This document shows, piece by piece, positions 37,030 through 47,443 of a DNA stretch of 64,000 nt. Position 1 is the first letter of the stretch; every line of letters begins with the position of its first letter. A program made the translations under genes and the position numbers. Source of the stretch: Bacteroidales bacterium (GTDB taxonomy: Bacteria > Bacteroidota > Bacteroidia > Bacteroidales > VadinHA17); the NCBI GenBank assembly GCA_046329885.1, contig JAXLTU010000010.1, positions 23,734 through 87,733 on the forward strand, given 5' to 3'. The notes under the pieces are model-generated. The model was not told where the DNA came from and made no database searches. It saw only the letters and a program-made list of their open reading frames with translations.

Positions 37030-40000
37030 ACCATCACGCCCATTACCAGTATATCATCGACCTGTTCAAAATCTCCTTTCCACTCGAAGAAGAAAGTAGA
37101 AATTGCCTCTTTCTGGTCTTCCATTGGCAGTCTGCTCACATCTTCAAGCAGTTTCTTCAGCCTGGCTATTTTCATCTTCTTGCCGTCAACCCCGCCAAAC
37201 TGGTCAGGTAAACCATCCGAGAACATGTAGATCGTGTCTCCTTCCGACAGGTAATATTCCTGGTCATCATAAAACTTCTCGATCACAGCTTCACCGCCGA
37301 CTGAACACCTGTTTCCTTTAATATAATATGGATCACCCTCCATAACGAGTACTACCGGTCTCATTGCCGAGGCGAAACGGATATGTCTGGTTTTAGGATT
37401 GATCTCGCAGACTACCATATCCATACCATCATTCGATATTCCAACGTCAACATTCTGGTTCAGGGTCGAGAATATCTGTTTGTCGAGAAGAGTAAGGACC
37501 TCGGAAGGCTTCGTGATACCTTTTCTTGAAATTATATCCTGGAGAAGGGCCGAACCGATCATCGACATGAACGCGCCCGGTACTCCATGGCCTGTCGAGT
37601 CAGCACAGACCAGCATGAACTTCTCGTCACTTACCTTATCGAACCAGTAAAAATCACCGCTCACTATATCGCGGGGGTGAAACAATATGAACGCGTCAGG
37701 AAATGTTTCTTTCAGTTTTCCAAGATCAGGCAGGATACTTGATTGAATCCTCTTGGCGTAGTTTATACTATCAGTTATCTCTATGTTCTGTATCTCGAGT
37801 GCTTCTTTCTGCTTACGCACCAGGCTGGTCCTTGCAGCGAGTTCTTCCTCGAGGTATTTTTTGATCTTCTTTTGTGCCTTGTCCCGCTCATATACTACGA
37901 TCGAGATAACAGTACCTGAAACCAGAACTATGGCAAGCACGAACCACCATGTTCTCCAGAAAGGCTTCTTGATCAGAAAATCTACAACAAGCGGCTGATC
38001 CTGCTGGAGACCGTCCTCGTTGACAGAAATCAGGTTGAATGTGTATTTCCCGTCCCTGAGGTGATACGTTTCCTGGCGATCGAGCTTGAGAGGCGACCAG
38101 TTGTCATTCCAGTTATCCAGTTTAGTGCTGTAATACACCTTCTCGGGGTCCGAAAAGCTTATGCCCACGTAATCGATCTTTATGGTGTATTTCCCATATG
38201 GAAGTGTATAAGAACTCTTTAATGGCTGCTCCCTGTCGTTAACCATAACGCGGACTATATTATTAACCGGGGCATTTGTCTTCCTGACGTCACGGGTCCT
38301 GTCATACACGATAAGACCTTCGCTTGTTCCTATCATAACTAGTCCTGAAGCCGATTCGTAAATGGCATTCTGGTTACAGTTTCCACCCCTGGCAAAGTCA
38401 GTTGAAATCACCTTGACAGTTCCTGTTGAAGGATCGTATTTGGATATCCCTCTTTCGTGACCTATCCAGACCTGGTTTTTTGAATCGACGAAAATGCTAT
38501 AACAATAATTTGAGAACAACCCGTTGGTAGTACTTATCCTGCCAAGTGAATCTCCACTAAGAGAGAACACACCGTTGCCTGCTGTTCCTGCCCACAGTGT
38601 ACCGTAAGAATCTTCCGCGAAGCAAAGGATCTTGTTCTTTGATGCGCCCACCATAATCTCATCACCAACTTCAACCACTCCATTTATCGTGATCCTGTAT
38701 AACCTGTCACATTCAGTGCCAATTACAGCCCTGCCATCCTTCTGAATAAAAATCTGGTTAATACTGTTATGTGGCAACCTTGACTCCATATCATATCTGG
38801 CTTTCACCGTTCCGGAAAACCTGTCAATAACAACTATCCCGTTAAGTGTCGAGAGCCACAGCTTATTGCCATCCCTCGATATATGCCGGATATAATCTTC
38901 AGCTGAGTTGCCGCTCCTGTAAAATACAGTAGTGGCACCACCGGGTCTCCTGAGGTATATTCCTCCACCTTTTGTTCCCATTAATATATTCCTCTCGGGA
39001 TCAACCATGTAGAATGCTATCTCCAATCCACCGGTGAATCTAGTCATGTTAACCGGCGATTCATATTTGCCTGTAGCAAGGTCGAAGAAAGAAAACCCAT
39101 TGACGGTTCCAACCAGGTATTTGCCCTGGTATTCAGTCACGAAAATTATATTATTATCCTCAGGTTTTTCGCCGGGAGCATAAAAACTGAGGGCGCCAGA
39201 ACGCAGCATCGACAGACCAACCTTTTCGTCGTAATAACCAACCCATTTGTTTCCCTCGCTATCCTGGAAAAGGGACCTGACATTATCGGCAGCAAGTCCT
39301 GATTCCCTCGAATAGGTCATTACTTTACCTGATAATTCCCCGTTATTATCGAGGTCAAATTGCAAAATCCCGACACCGTAATTACTTATCCATACCTTCT
39401 TCTGCTGATCGACCAGTATGCTCTTGACATCAACTGACTCCGCCCCGGGGAGTCCTTCATATCTGTTAATCACTGGCCGTCCGTTCCTGAACATGACCCT
39501 GAATAAACCCTGACCTTCAGTACCGGCAAGATAGATCCCATCGACACCAGATTTCTTAATAACCTGAACTCTCGAGTACTCGATACCTGGTAATATTTCC
39601 TGAACTTTGACCGAATCGGTAGTGAGATTACAATAGAGAAGGTTTTCCTGAGTGCCTAAAAGTAGTTTGTCAGCTTCAGTAAAACATCCGGAGGTTGTTA
39701 TGATATTTGATGGAATGTAATATTTAGTGATCTTCCCCGGGTCATTGACATCAATTTTCAATAACATCTTTTCCTGGGGAATCACGAAAATATGGTTTTC
39801 ATCACCCTGGATAATATCATTGACAGTCTGTATATCAATACCCTGAACCTTTACTAATTCATTGTCTTTGAGGTAAAACAGTGCTCCGTCGCTGCAACCA
39901 AACCACAGATTGTCTTTACTGTCTCTGAATGACACGGAAACGTACCTGTTTGAAACGGAATCGGGAAACGTGACCTTGTAAAAATCGAAACCATCGAATC

Positions 40001-40190
40001 GTGTCAGACCTGAGCCTGTTCCAATCCACAACAGACCATTGGCCGACTGGTTAATTGAATAAACGTAACAGTCAGGCATTCTGGTCTCAGTTCCCCAGTT
40101 CCGGAATCTGAAAGACTGGCCTGGGGAAACTGCCGGTAAAAGCAGGAAGAAAATAAGGAACAATAACCGGGCTTTCCGGGGAATCATCAT
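37026..40190 (-). CDS. periplasmic beta-propeller (Reg_prop repeats) + Y_Y_Y domain sensor fused through one TM to a PP2C/SpoIIE-type phosphatase
   Basis: 1054 aa with a signal peptide. There are many propeller repeats (LWIGTGSGLTRFDG, VWIGHERGISKYD). The Y_Y_Y-like segment is VYYSTKLDNWNDNWSP...GKYTFNLISVNEDG, the TM is WWFVLAIVLVSGTVISIVVY, and a coiled coil follows. The SpoIIE motifs are VSGDFYWF and CADSTGHGVPGAFMSM. Confidence 0.85.
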   Translation of the reverse strand: MMIPRKARLLFLIFFLLLPAVSPGQSFRFRNWGTETRMPDCYVYSINQSANGLLWIGTGSGLTRFDGFDFYKVTFPDSVSNRYVSVSFRDSKDNLWFGCSDGALFYLKDNELVKVQGIDIQTVNDIIQGDENHIFVIPQEKMLLKIDVNDPGKITKYYIPSNIITTSGCFTEADKLLLGTQENLLYCNLTTDSVKVQEILPGIEYSRVQVIKKSGVDGIYLAGTEGQGLFRVMFRNGRPVINRYEGLPGAESVDVKSILVDQQKKVWISNYGVGILQFDLDNNGELSGKVMTYSRESGLAADNVRSLFQDSEGNKWVGYYDEKVGLSMLRSGALSFYAPGEKPEDNNIIFVTEYQGKYLVGTVNGFSFFDLATGKYESPVNMTRFTGGLEIAFYMVDPERNILMGTKGGGIYLRRPGGATTVFYRSGNSAEDYIRHISRDGNKLWLSTLNGIVVIDRFSGTVKARYDMESRLPHNSINQIFIQKDGRAVIGTECDRLYRITINGVVEVGDEIMVGASKNKILCFAEDSYGTLWAGTAGNGVFSLSGDSLGRISTTNGLFSNYCYSIFVDSKNQVWIGHERGISKYDPSTGTVKVISTDFARGGNCNQNAIYESASGLVMIGTSEGLIVYDRTRDVRKTNAPVNNIVRVMVNDREQPLKSSYTLPYGKYTIKIDYVGISFSDPEKVYYSTKLDNWNDNWSPLKLDRQETYHLRDGKYTFNLISVNEDGLQQDQPLVVDFLIKKPFWRTWWFVLAIVLVSGTVISIVVYERDKAQKKIKKYLEEELAARTSLVRKQKEALEIQNIEITDSINYAKRIQSSILPDLGKLKETFPDAFILFHPRDIVSGDFYWFDKVSDEKFMLVCADSTGHGVPGAFMSMIGSALLQDIISRKGITKPSEVLTLLDKQIFSTLNQNVDVGISNDGMDMVVCEINPKTRHIRFASAMRPVVLVMEGDPYYIKGNRCSVGGEAVIEKFYDDQEYYLSEGDTIYMFSDGLPDQFGGVDGKKMKIARLKKLLEDVSRLPMEDQKEAISTFFFEWKGDFEQVDDILVMGVMV

Positions 40191-40192
40191 AT

Positions 40193-41215
40193 TTAGTCAT
40201 CTTTTTTAGTAACCTTCTTCATCTGGTAGCTCGGCACATAGACAGGCACCCCTCCGATTGGCGCGCTGAAGAACTTTATGTTATCGCCTCTCTGGTTCTC
40301 GAGCGATACCACAACGTTATTGTTTCTCACCAGATAGTCCTCCCTCTTGTGAAACTGGAAATCGAGTGATGAACCGATCTCGGGTTTTTCAACAAGTATC
40401 CTCGATTCCGCCCAATCGTTCTCGTTTGAAATCGGAACGGTGATACCTTTTCTGACCCTGGAAACAACCATTATATAACCGTCATTATCCCAGTCGAAAT
40501 TCTTCTGTTTAACGTAAACTATTCCCGTGTCGATGAACGGGTAAATATGTGCAACGCTCTGTATGTTATTCCACATCCTGAAGGTATACTCGTAAGTAAA
40601 AGCATTTGCACCTTCTATCGGAACATCATTATTAGGTTCGCGAGAGAGAAAATACCGGTAAAGGTTTCCATCGTCGCCCGTAATACCTTCGCATATGAAT
40701 TTAAACAGGTAACCCCATCTCTCGTTCAGGTCGCCTTCCGATGCATTAAATGGTCCGAACGTGTAATATTTATTATCGTACTGTTTCTCGCTTCCAAATG
40801 TCTTTGAAGCGATAAGTGTACCGCTTTTATATGAACCTTTGGGATCAAGTCCACGCGAATCTATATTCTCCCTCTTCTCCGGATCGACGCCTTTGCCACC
40901 ATAAAGTGAATACTGCATTTTAGTGTCCCAGGCCCCTTTTCCCTCGTCATTTTCACCTCCCACGTCCGGATCGAATACTCTGATATAAAACTTCCCCTTG
41001 TAGTCTTTCGGTATGGCAAAGAACCAGGTCTGGGAAAAATCATCGTCTCCCCACGAGGTTTCACCGTTCCTGCCAAAGGTACATAGGAACTGGATGTTCT
41101 CATCCTGCCCCGGGACGGGTTGGGCGCTGATATCATCAAACGACAACAACCCCAGGACTATCAGGAGCAGCAGGGAATAACCAAAATTTCTGTCACAAAA
41201 TTTCATTCTTTTCAA
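40193..41215 (-). CDS. secreted protein of unknown function
   Basis: 340 aa with a signal peptide (GYSLLLLIVLGLLSF). I recognised no family. It is packed between the PD40/PKD gene (18-nt gap) and the phosphatase gene (2-nt gap). Confidence 0.6.
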   Translation of the reverse strand: MKRMKFCDRNFGYSLLLLIVLGLLSFDDISAQPVPGQDENIQFLCTFGRNGETSWGDDDFSQTWFFAIPKDYKGKFYIRVFDPDVGGENDEGKGAWDTKMQYSLYGGKGVDPEKRENIDSRGLDPKGSYKSGTLIASKTFGSEKQYDNKYYTFGPFNASEGDLNERWGYLFKFICEGITGDDGNLYRYFLSREPNNDVPIEGANAFTYEYTFRMWNNIQSVAHIYPFIDTGIVYVKQKNFDWDNDGYIMVVSRVRKGITVPISNENDWAESRILVEKPEIGSSLDFQFHKREDYLVRNNNVVVSLENQRGDNIKFFSAPIGGVPVYVPSYQMKKVTKKDD

Positions 41216-41233
41216 AAGTAATAATTTTCACTA

Positions 41234-42682
41234 TCAGGGACGGCGTGTTATAGTTATCTTCTTTGTCACGCAGGCTTCTCTTGGCGCACCATTGGCATCA
41301 GGAGTTGCTGTTACAATAAGTTGAATCAAATATGAACCTGGTCTCTGGAATGAATGCTCAACCCTGTTCCCGGTGTTCACACTCATATCATCAAAGTTCC
41401 AGTAATAACTTGTTATATTCCAGCCTGGCAGGTAGGTACTGTCAGCGTCGAGTTTTATCAGTGCTCCGGCGTTTGCAATAGCAGGAGCCGAGATGTACGG
41501 CTGTTCAACCGGGCGGATTTGGAGATCGAAGGTTTTTTCTGCCTTGCTCACTTCCTTCGTTAGCATGTTCATCACATCGATAGTTACCTTGTAGTCTCCC
41601 TGTTTGGTAAAGCAATGCTCAACTCTCATACCTTCAGCACTTGTGCCATCACCGAAGTTCCAGATGTATTTGAATGGGATAGTATCAAACCTTATCGCGT
41701 TTTCCTCGAAAAACTCGTAACAGTAACTATTCATCTGCATGGTGTCGCACCTGGCTTTCCTGATCACTGTCGACTCGAAACTATAAATGTCATCATCCCG
41801 CCCATCCCTGCGCGAAAAATAGCCTGTCTGAAGATTATCTGAAGCCACGAAAGAAAAATCATCCGAAGGCGAATTCACCGGTGGAGGCAGTAATACTGGT
41901 GTTTCCCACTCGCCAAAAATGAGGGTGGTATAATAAATATCCGATTTCCCTGTCCCCTCGACATCCGAAGGTCTGTTTGATGTGAAATACAAACGTCCTG
42001 ATGGATTCTGGTAAGGATAGCCCTCCTTGTATTTAGAGTTAACTTTTGGTCCAAGATTTACAGGTTCGGCCCAGTTGCCGTTTACATTTTCCGAATAATA
42101 AATATCCGATTCACCAGAACCACCCGGCCTGTCGGAAGCGAAAAACAGGTATTTTCCATCCTGTCTTATAAAGGGGTGAAAAGTATTATAATCCCTGCTG
42201 TTATACCTGAATGAATGAACGTTAGTAATTTTGGTTCCTGAAAGGGTTCCTGAAAAAATACCGGAAGTATTCAAAATTCCTTTTTTCATGGCGGCCTTCC
42301 CCGAGATCATGCTGCTCGTGAAATATACTGTTTTCCCGTCCGAAGCTATGCTCATCGGCCCATAGAAAAGAAGCGCCGAATCAGTTTCTGTGATCCTCCT
42401 GACTCCTTTCCATTTATTGGAATCGGTCCTTTCAACATAATAGAGGTTGTACAATCTCTCGTCCCTGAATGATTTGCGGTCAGAAATGCTGCTGATCTTC
42501 CTGTCGGAGCAGAAAATAATACCGTTTGAATAAATAACCGGTGCAATCTCGTTCGACAGGGAAGTGCTGAACGAAAGCTTCTTTACCTTGAACAGTGCAG
42601 GTTGACCGGCGAGGTAGAGTGTTCCTGTCAGAAGGAATATGATTATCAAGAACAGATATTTTGTTTGCCGAATCATAATCAA
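41234..42682 (-). CDS. PD40 (TolB-like beta-propeller) repeat protein with two C-terminal PKD domains
   Basis: 482 aa with a signal peptide. PD40-like repeats are FFASDRPGGSGESDIYYS and YFTSNRPSD..GKSDIYYT. PKD motifs are WNFGDGTSAEGMRVEHCFTKQGDYKV and WNFDDMSVNTGNRVEHSFQRPGSY. Confidence 0.8.
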   Translation of the reverse strand: MIMIRQTKYLFLIIIFLLTGTLYLAGQPALFKVKKLSFSTSLSNEIAPVIYSNGIIFCSDRKISSISDRKSFRDERLYNLYYVERTDSNKWKGVRRITETDSALLFYGPMSIASDGKTVYFTSSMISGKAAMKKGILNTSGIFSGTLSGTKITNVHSFRYNSRDYNTFHPFIRQDGKYLFFASDRPGGSGESDIYYSENVNGNWAEPVNLGPKVNSKYKEGYPYQNPSGRLYFTSNRPSDVEGTGKSDIYYTTLIFGEWETPVLLPPPVNSPSDDFSFVASDNLQTGYFSRRDGRDDDIYSFESTVIRKARCDTMQMNSYCYEFFEENAIRFDTIPFKYIWNFGDGTSAEGMRVEHCFTKQGDYKVTIDVMNMLTKEVSKAEKTFDLQIRPVEQPYISAPAIANAGALIKLDADSTYLPGWNITSYYWNFDDMSVNTGNRVEHSFQRPGSYLIQLIVTATPDANGAPREACVTKKITITRRP

Positions 42683-43653
42683 AAGTACCTTGGATTAGAA
42701 GCACTGACCCTGTAACCAAATTCAAAACGGAGAACAAGTTCGTGAGAACCATCGGAATAGGTACCCAAAGTGCCCAGCGGGTAATCGTACGAATACCCGA
42801 ACATGAACTGTTGAGTTGCCTGGACCTGAATTATTCCGACAACGGATTTTTCAGTAGTTCTCCACGAGCCTCCAATCCATAAAATATCCTTAACAATAAA
42901 GTTCCCGTTAATATCCAGTCTCATTTTCCTCGTCTTGTCGAGCGGGTATTCCACAAGAACTGAAGGTTTGAACTTGAATCCTTCAGAGAATGACAATAAT
43001 GCCCCTGAATAGATATCAATATCAAAATCGGTGAAAGAATCCATTACCGGTTTACCATCACCACCCATAGAGTAACCAAGAATTGATGGGACCGAAACTC
43101 CCGCGAAAAAGCTGTTATTATAAAAGTAAGCGCCAGCACCAACGTTAGGAAGTAGTACGGGGTCTATACTTGTAGTGAAAGCGGGGTCGTTACTTAACGA
43201 TTCATCACTGCTGAATTTGGAATAATCGGTATTTGTCCGGTCAAATCCGGCCCTCAAACCAAGTGCCAGATGACCACTTCCAATATGTAGTTGATAAGCA
43301 TATGTCGCGAAGATACTTTGACCCTGGGTAAGCCCGTATTTTAGAAACTGGGCCGTGAAACCAAGTCCCACTTTCTGGTTTTTGAGAAGAGTATGAAGTG
43401 ATACCGTTGCAAAAGAAGGTGCTCCTTCTATGCCTACCCATTGTTTCCTTACAGCGGTAAAGAGGCTCATCACCTCCCTTGAACCGGCATAGGCCGGGTT
43501 TATAAGCAGGCCATTGTGAAGATACTGGCTGTAAACAGGATAGGCGAGCCCAATCTTTTTGGAACCATCCGTGGTGGTCTGGCAATGGCTATTCTTCTCA
43601 CTTAAAATGAGGAAACAAGCTAAAAACATCAATATGAATTTCCCTGTTCTCAT
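42679..43653 (-). CDS. PorP/SprF-family type IX secretion system membrane protein
   Basis: 324 aa with a signal peptide. The family signature is YSQYLHNGLLINPAYAGSRE...RKQWVGIEGAPSF. It ends with an aromatic residue (NPRYF), typical of beta-barrel proteins. Confidence 0.9.
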   Translation of the reverse strand: MRTGKFILMFLACFLILSEKNSHCQTTTDGSKKIGLAYPVYSQYLHNGLLINPAYAGSREVMSLFTAVRKQWVGIEGAPSFATVSLHTLLKNQKVGLGFTAQFLKYGLTQGQSIFATYAYQLHIGSGHLALGLRAGFDRTNTDYSKFSSDESLSNDPAFTTSIDPVLLPNVGAGAYFYNNSFFAGVSVPSILGYSMGGDGKPVMDSFTDFDIDIYSGALLSFSEGFKFKPSVLVEYPLDKTRKMRLDINGNFIVKDILWIGGSWRTTEKSVVGIIQVQATQQFMFGYSYDYPLGTLGTYSDGSHELVLRFEFGYRVSASNPRYF

Positions 43654-43663
43654 CTATTTGGTT

Positions 43664-46600
43664 CTACTCCTGCACGCTTCGTTTTACAATCACATATCCT
43701 TTGAACAGGCTCCCGGCATCATCAGTCCTCTTCGAGCCAGTCCTGATAAGATAATAATAAGTCCCTTCAGGTACATCCTCTCCCCGATTATCCTTTCCAT
43801 CCCAGTCCTTCCACTCGCTTCCTGCCGCGTTCGAGGTCGTGAAGACTACCGAACCCTTGCCGTTTATAATTGTCAGTTCAATCGTGCTTGATGCAGGATC
43901 CGTCAGAAGCCCCCTGATAACGAAAAGATCATTAATACCATCAGAGTTAGGTGAAAACCCCTTCGGTATTTCAATTCCCCTGGCATAGAGCCTTACTGTA
44001 TCATCTTCCTGGCAAAGACCATTCTTTACAAGCCATATGATCTGGTTTTCCCCGTCAGAGAGTCCTCTGGCCATGTATTTACCTGATTTCGAAACGATTT
44101 CGATATCGGCAGGGATTGTCTGGCTCCAGCTGCCGTAACCGATAAGTGGCACGACCGGATGAAGTGAATCAGCATGGTCGAAAGTGTAGAAAGGCTGGGA
44201 GGCTGTTCCATGGTCAGGACCAGCATTTACAGGACCAACAGGTTTAACGAACCTGATAGTCACATTCTTCTCATTAAAGCACGCGGCATCCGTGTTTTCC
44301 TCGTGCCAGGTAAGGGTAAAATCTTTCCTCCACCCGGTGAATGCTGCCGGATCGATAGTAGCCTGAGAATTTGACAGGTTGACATTAGCGACATTGACAC
44401 CGGCAGGAATGTTGGTCCAGTATTTCAAAGTCGAAGTGCTGGGTGTCGCATTTAGTGTAAACACAGTTCCGCAGATTGAATCATTCAGACCCGGGTTAGC
44501 GACAGGCATCTTGTAAACCCATATATCCGCGAGACCCGTCTTGAGAGAATCGAGGCAGCCCCTCGAATCAGCTATTGATAAAATCTCGTATTTATAATTT
44601 GTCGAGGGGGTGGATGAAGTCAGATTAACAGTCACCGGTCCAGTGGCCGGAAGGTTGTTCCTTGAAAAGTTGGTGTTGCTTACCTGGTCGCGGAACACTA
44701 CCGTGAATGGAGCCAGACCTGTCGGGAAACTTGTATTTATTGAAGCATCCGTACCAGAGCATATTGAATTATCAGCAACGGATGTAATGGTCCCGGTGGG
44801 CGATTTGAACATGTTCACCCTTGTTGGTGAAGAGACATTAACACAAGTATTAAGTGCACCCGAGTAAACTGTTCTTCGATACCAGACCGGCCCTGCCAGG
44901 GTACCCGTGTTATACCGTCCATCCCCGGCATTATTCGTACCTGTAGCCGGTGTCCACGATGAGCCGCTGTTGTTACTCTGCTCCCAGAGATAGGTATACG
45001 AACCCGATCCTCCAGAGAGTGTTGTTATTCCTCGCCTTACCTGGGGTGCAGTATTCTTGCATATAGTTGTATCGGGCGAGATGTTGTTATTAGCAATCAG
45101 TGCCCACATTGTAAGACGAACGGCAATAGTGGTGGTATCCTTGCAAACATCACCGGCACCCGAATAGACAACACGTTTGTAATCGATGTACTTAGGAGCC
45201 GGGGCAAATGTCGATTCATCTGGATTGTAACCTGCAAGATTACTGGTTCCGGGAGCAGTATTCCACGATGTAGCGCTGCTTATCCATTTGTACCTGTAAG
45301 TTCCGTCACCTCCCGAAAGGGTATTAGGTGCTGAAGTAGCTGTTGTTGAAGCGGTAAGGTTGGTAAAGGCAGCTCCAAAGCACTTTTCCTCGTTTGCTGA
45401 AAGGATGACATTATTGTTGATCAGTGGAAGCACTGTAACCATTGTTTTAGCCGTCTTGTCTACACACCTGCCCGAGCTGATCGTCCTGCGATACCAGGTA
45501 TCCTTGGTAAGTTTGGTTGTGGGTATGTAAATTGAGTCATTATTACCCAGATCGGTTGTATCTGTCAGCCCGACTGTCCATCTTTCCCATTTGAATCTCA
45601 GGTCGCCTGCAACTGGAATAACTGGGACTTTAACCTGTTTCACCGAGTCAGGTTTCCCGTTAGTACAGATTATTGCAGGTTTAACCGAGATGAGGTTATC
45701 AAGTATTTTTGGCTGAACCGTGATATACACGTTAAGGCTTACATCGGTAATAACCGGTATCGAACTATCTGTTATTGTCCTCCTGTACTGGTAAGTGCCT
45801 GCAGTATTCTGGATAGCTGGCAGGTAGTCTGCCGAGGATGAAACTGTCGACCACGATAGTCCGCCGTCAGTACTGATTTCCCAGAGGTAATTATAAGGAG
45901 CCGTGCCACCCATCGGGGTTGTTCCGACAAGTTTGGGTATCGCCTTCATGGCGCAAACCGTGTCTTTCATTAGTCCATCTCCTGATGACCAGATTGAATT
46001 GAAAAGGAAACCCTTGAGATTTGGATTCAGGGTACCCGTGGTTCTTTTTTCACCGGTAGTCCCGTTATTTATACTTGCAACGTTACCAGTGTAGTCACCC
46101 ATCATGCCTCCTGTGACGTAGGCAGTATCCTTTGAAGGGATGTTGTAAAGAGGCCAGAAAAGTCCACCTCCACCTCCACCTCCGGCACCGAAGTCGCGTG
46201 TGGAGTTGTTTCCGCCCCTCGCGCCCCTGGCATAATAAATAACCTTGGTTCCACCTGAATATCTTGATGTTATTATGATGGAGCCGCCGCCACCACCTCC
46301 TCCTGCTCCACCGGTGTTGTTTCCCGAATAACCTTTTGCGCCATCGGCAATTACCTTACCACCAGCGCCAACTATAGTATCGGCGATGATGAAGATGACG
46401 CCTCCCCCGTTCCCATCCCCGGCGACAGATGAGGCACCAGCTGCTGAAGTTGATGCTCCGCCCCCGGCACCAAGAAATATCCTTGTTGAAGCATACGCGT
46501 CGGCAACCTTGTATCCTCCGAAACCACCGTCGTGCTGGAAGCCGCACAAAGCGCTTTCACCACCTCCATAGCCGCCGATACCCCTGTTAGCCCCTCCACC

Positions 46601-47353
46601 TCCACCGGTGTACTTACCGTTACCGCCGCCTCCACTGGTGAGATTAGGAGCCTGGCCCCTTGCATGAGCCGGGTAAAGCAGCCCACCAACATCATTATGT
46701 ATGGCAATACCCTCCCCCTTCATTCCTGATTTAGCATCGGACAGAGGGTAGGAATCATTATCATAATCAGTAGAACCTAAGGAACATATGCCGGCACCAG
46801 TAGTGTCTTTCCCGCCAAGGAATCCCCTGCCTGCCATTGTAATATCAGCACCAAGGGTAATTTTCCTGCCAGCGATTATTGCCAGCACACCTCCCGATTT
46901 TTTAGCCTTGTCCCATGCATCTGCCTGGAGAACTCCGTTTATAACACCCCTGTTGCAAAAGGGAACCTTAACAACCTGCACGTTACCATTGACGTCGAAG
47001 GCAGTTCCCAGTGGACTTTTAAAATCGAGTTGTTTATTAAAAGCATCAACAGATCTTACAATATGAAATTCCCAACGTCCCGGCGAACCGTAGAGGTATT
47101 CAATAGCGGCACCATAAAAACCCTGGTCAGTACCGATGCCCACACCCTGCATCTGGATGACAAGGACAGTATCGGTGGCATTAAAGCCTGACATATCTGA
47201 AACTCTCACCCAGTCAGCACCAATAGATGTGACATGAGTACTCGGATAAGTGGAGCTTAAATTGCCTGAAAAAGATCTTTGACCATGTAATAAAGTTCCA
47301 ATCCCTAAAAGAACAGTGATTAAAACTATATATTTTAGACTTTTTAAAGCCAT
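43664..47353 (-). CDS. large cell-surface protein with glycine-rich N-terminal module, repeated Ig-like modules and a T9SS type-B (gliding-motility-associated) C-terminal sorting domain
   Basis: The ORF opens at 47425, and ATG 47353 gives the signal peptide MALKSLKYIVLITVLLGIGTLLHGQ. The C-terminus is KGFSPNSDGINDLFVIRGL...WDGKDNRGEDVPEGTYYYLI...KGYVIVKRS, the TIGR04131-type pattern. Internal repeats include GGTAPYNYLWEIS, GGDGTYRYKWISS and GGSGSYTYLWEQS. Confidence 0.88.
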   Translation of the reverse strand: MALKSLKYIVLITVLLGIGTLLHGQRSFSGNLSSTYPSTHVTSIGADWVRVSDMSGFNATDTVLVIQMQGVGIGTDQGFYGAAIEYLYGSPGRWEFHIVRSVDAFNKQLDFKSPLGTAFDVNGNVQVVKVPFCNRGVINGVLQADAWDKAKKSGGVLAIIAGRKITLGADITMAGRGFLGGKDTTGAGICSLGSTDYDNDSYPLSDAKSGMKGEGIAIHNDVGGLLYPAHARGQAPNLTSGGGGNGKYTGGGGGANRGIGGYGGGESALCGFQHDGGFGGYKVADAYASTRIFLGAGGGASTSAAGASSVAGDGNGGGVIFIIADTIVGAGGKVIADGAKGYSGNNTGGAGGGGGGGSIIITSRYSGGTKVIYYARGARGGNNSTRDFGAGGGGGGGLFWPLYNIPSKDTAYVTGGMMGDYTGNVASINNGTTGEKRTTGTLNPNLKGFLFNSIWSSGDGLMKDTVCAMKAIPKLVGTTPMGGTAPYNYLWEISTDGGLSWSTVSSSADYLPAIQNTAGTYQYRRTITDSSIPVITDVSLNVYITVQPKILDNLISVKPAIICTNGKPDSVKQVKVPVIPVAGDLRFKWERWTVGLTDTTDLGNNDSIYIPTTKLTKDTWYRRTISSGRCVDKTAKTMVTVLPLINNNVILSANEEKCFGAAFTNLTASTTATSAPNTLSGGDGTYRYKWISSATSWNTAPGTSNLAGYNPDESTFAPAPKYIDYKRVVYSGAGDVCKDTTTIAVRLTMWALIANNNISPDTTICKNTAPQVRRGITTLSGGSGSYTYLWEQSNNSGSSWTPATGTNNAGDGRYNTGTLAGPVWYRRTVYSGALNTCVNVSSPTRVNMFKSPTGTITSVADNSICSGTDASINTSFPTGLAPFTVVFRDQVSNTNFSRNNLPATGPVTVNLTSSTPSTNYKYEILSIADSRGCLDSLKTGLADIWVYKMPVANPGLNDSICGTVFTLNATPSTSTLKYWTNIPAGVNVANVNLSNSQATIDPAAFTGWRKDFTLTWHEENTDAACFNEKNVTIRFVKPVGPVNAGPDHGTASQPFYTFDHADSLHPVVPLIGYGSWSQTIPADIEIVSKSGKYMARGLSDGENQIIWLVKNGLCQEDDTVRLYARGIEIPKGFSPNSDGINDLFVIRGLLTDPASSTIELTIINGKGSVVFTTSNAAGSEWKDWDGKDNRGEDVPEGTYYYLIRTGSKRTDDAGSLFKGYVIVKRSVQE

Positions 47354-47443
47354 CCTTTTCTTTTTCGGAAACACTTCAGCCGCTAATATAAGGATTATAT
47401 TGTTTAATTCAAGGTAAAGAATCACCCTGTTTTCAACAATACC

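Noticed and set aside
46356-46729. Four overlapping ORFs on both strands rich in Pro, Ala and Arg
   Set aside because: They are generated by the poly-glycine codon runs of the T9SS cargo gene, which remains open through the whole region.
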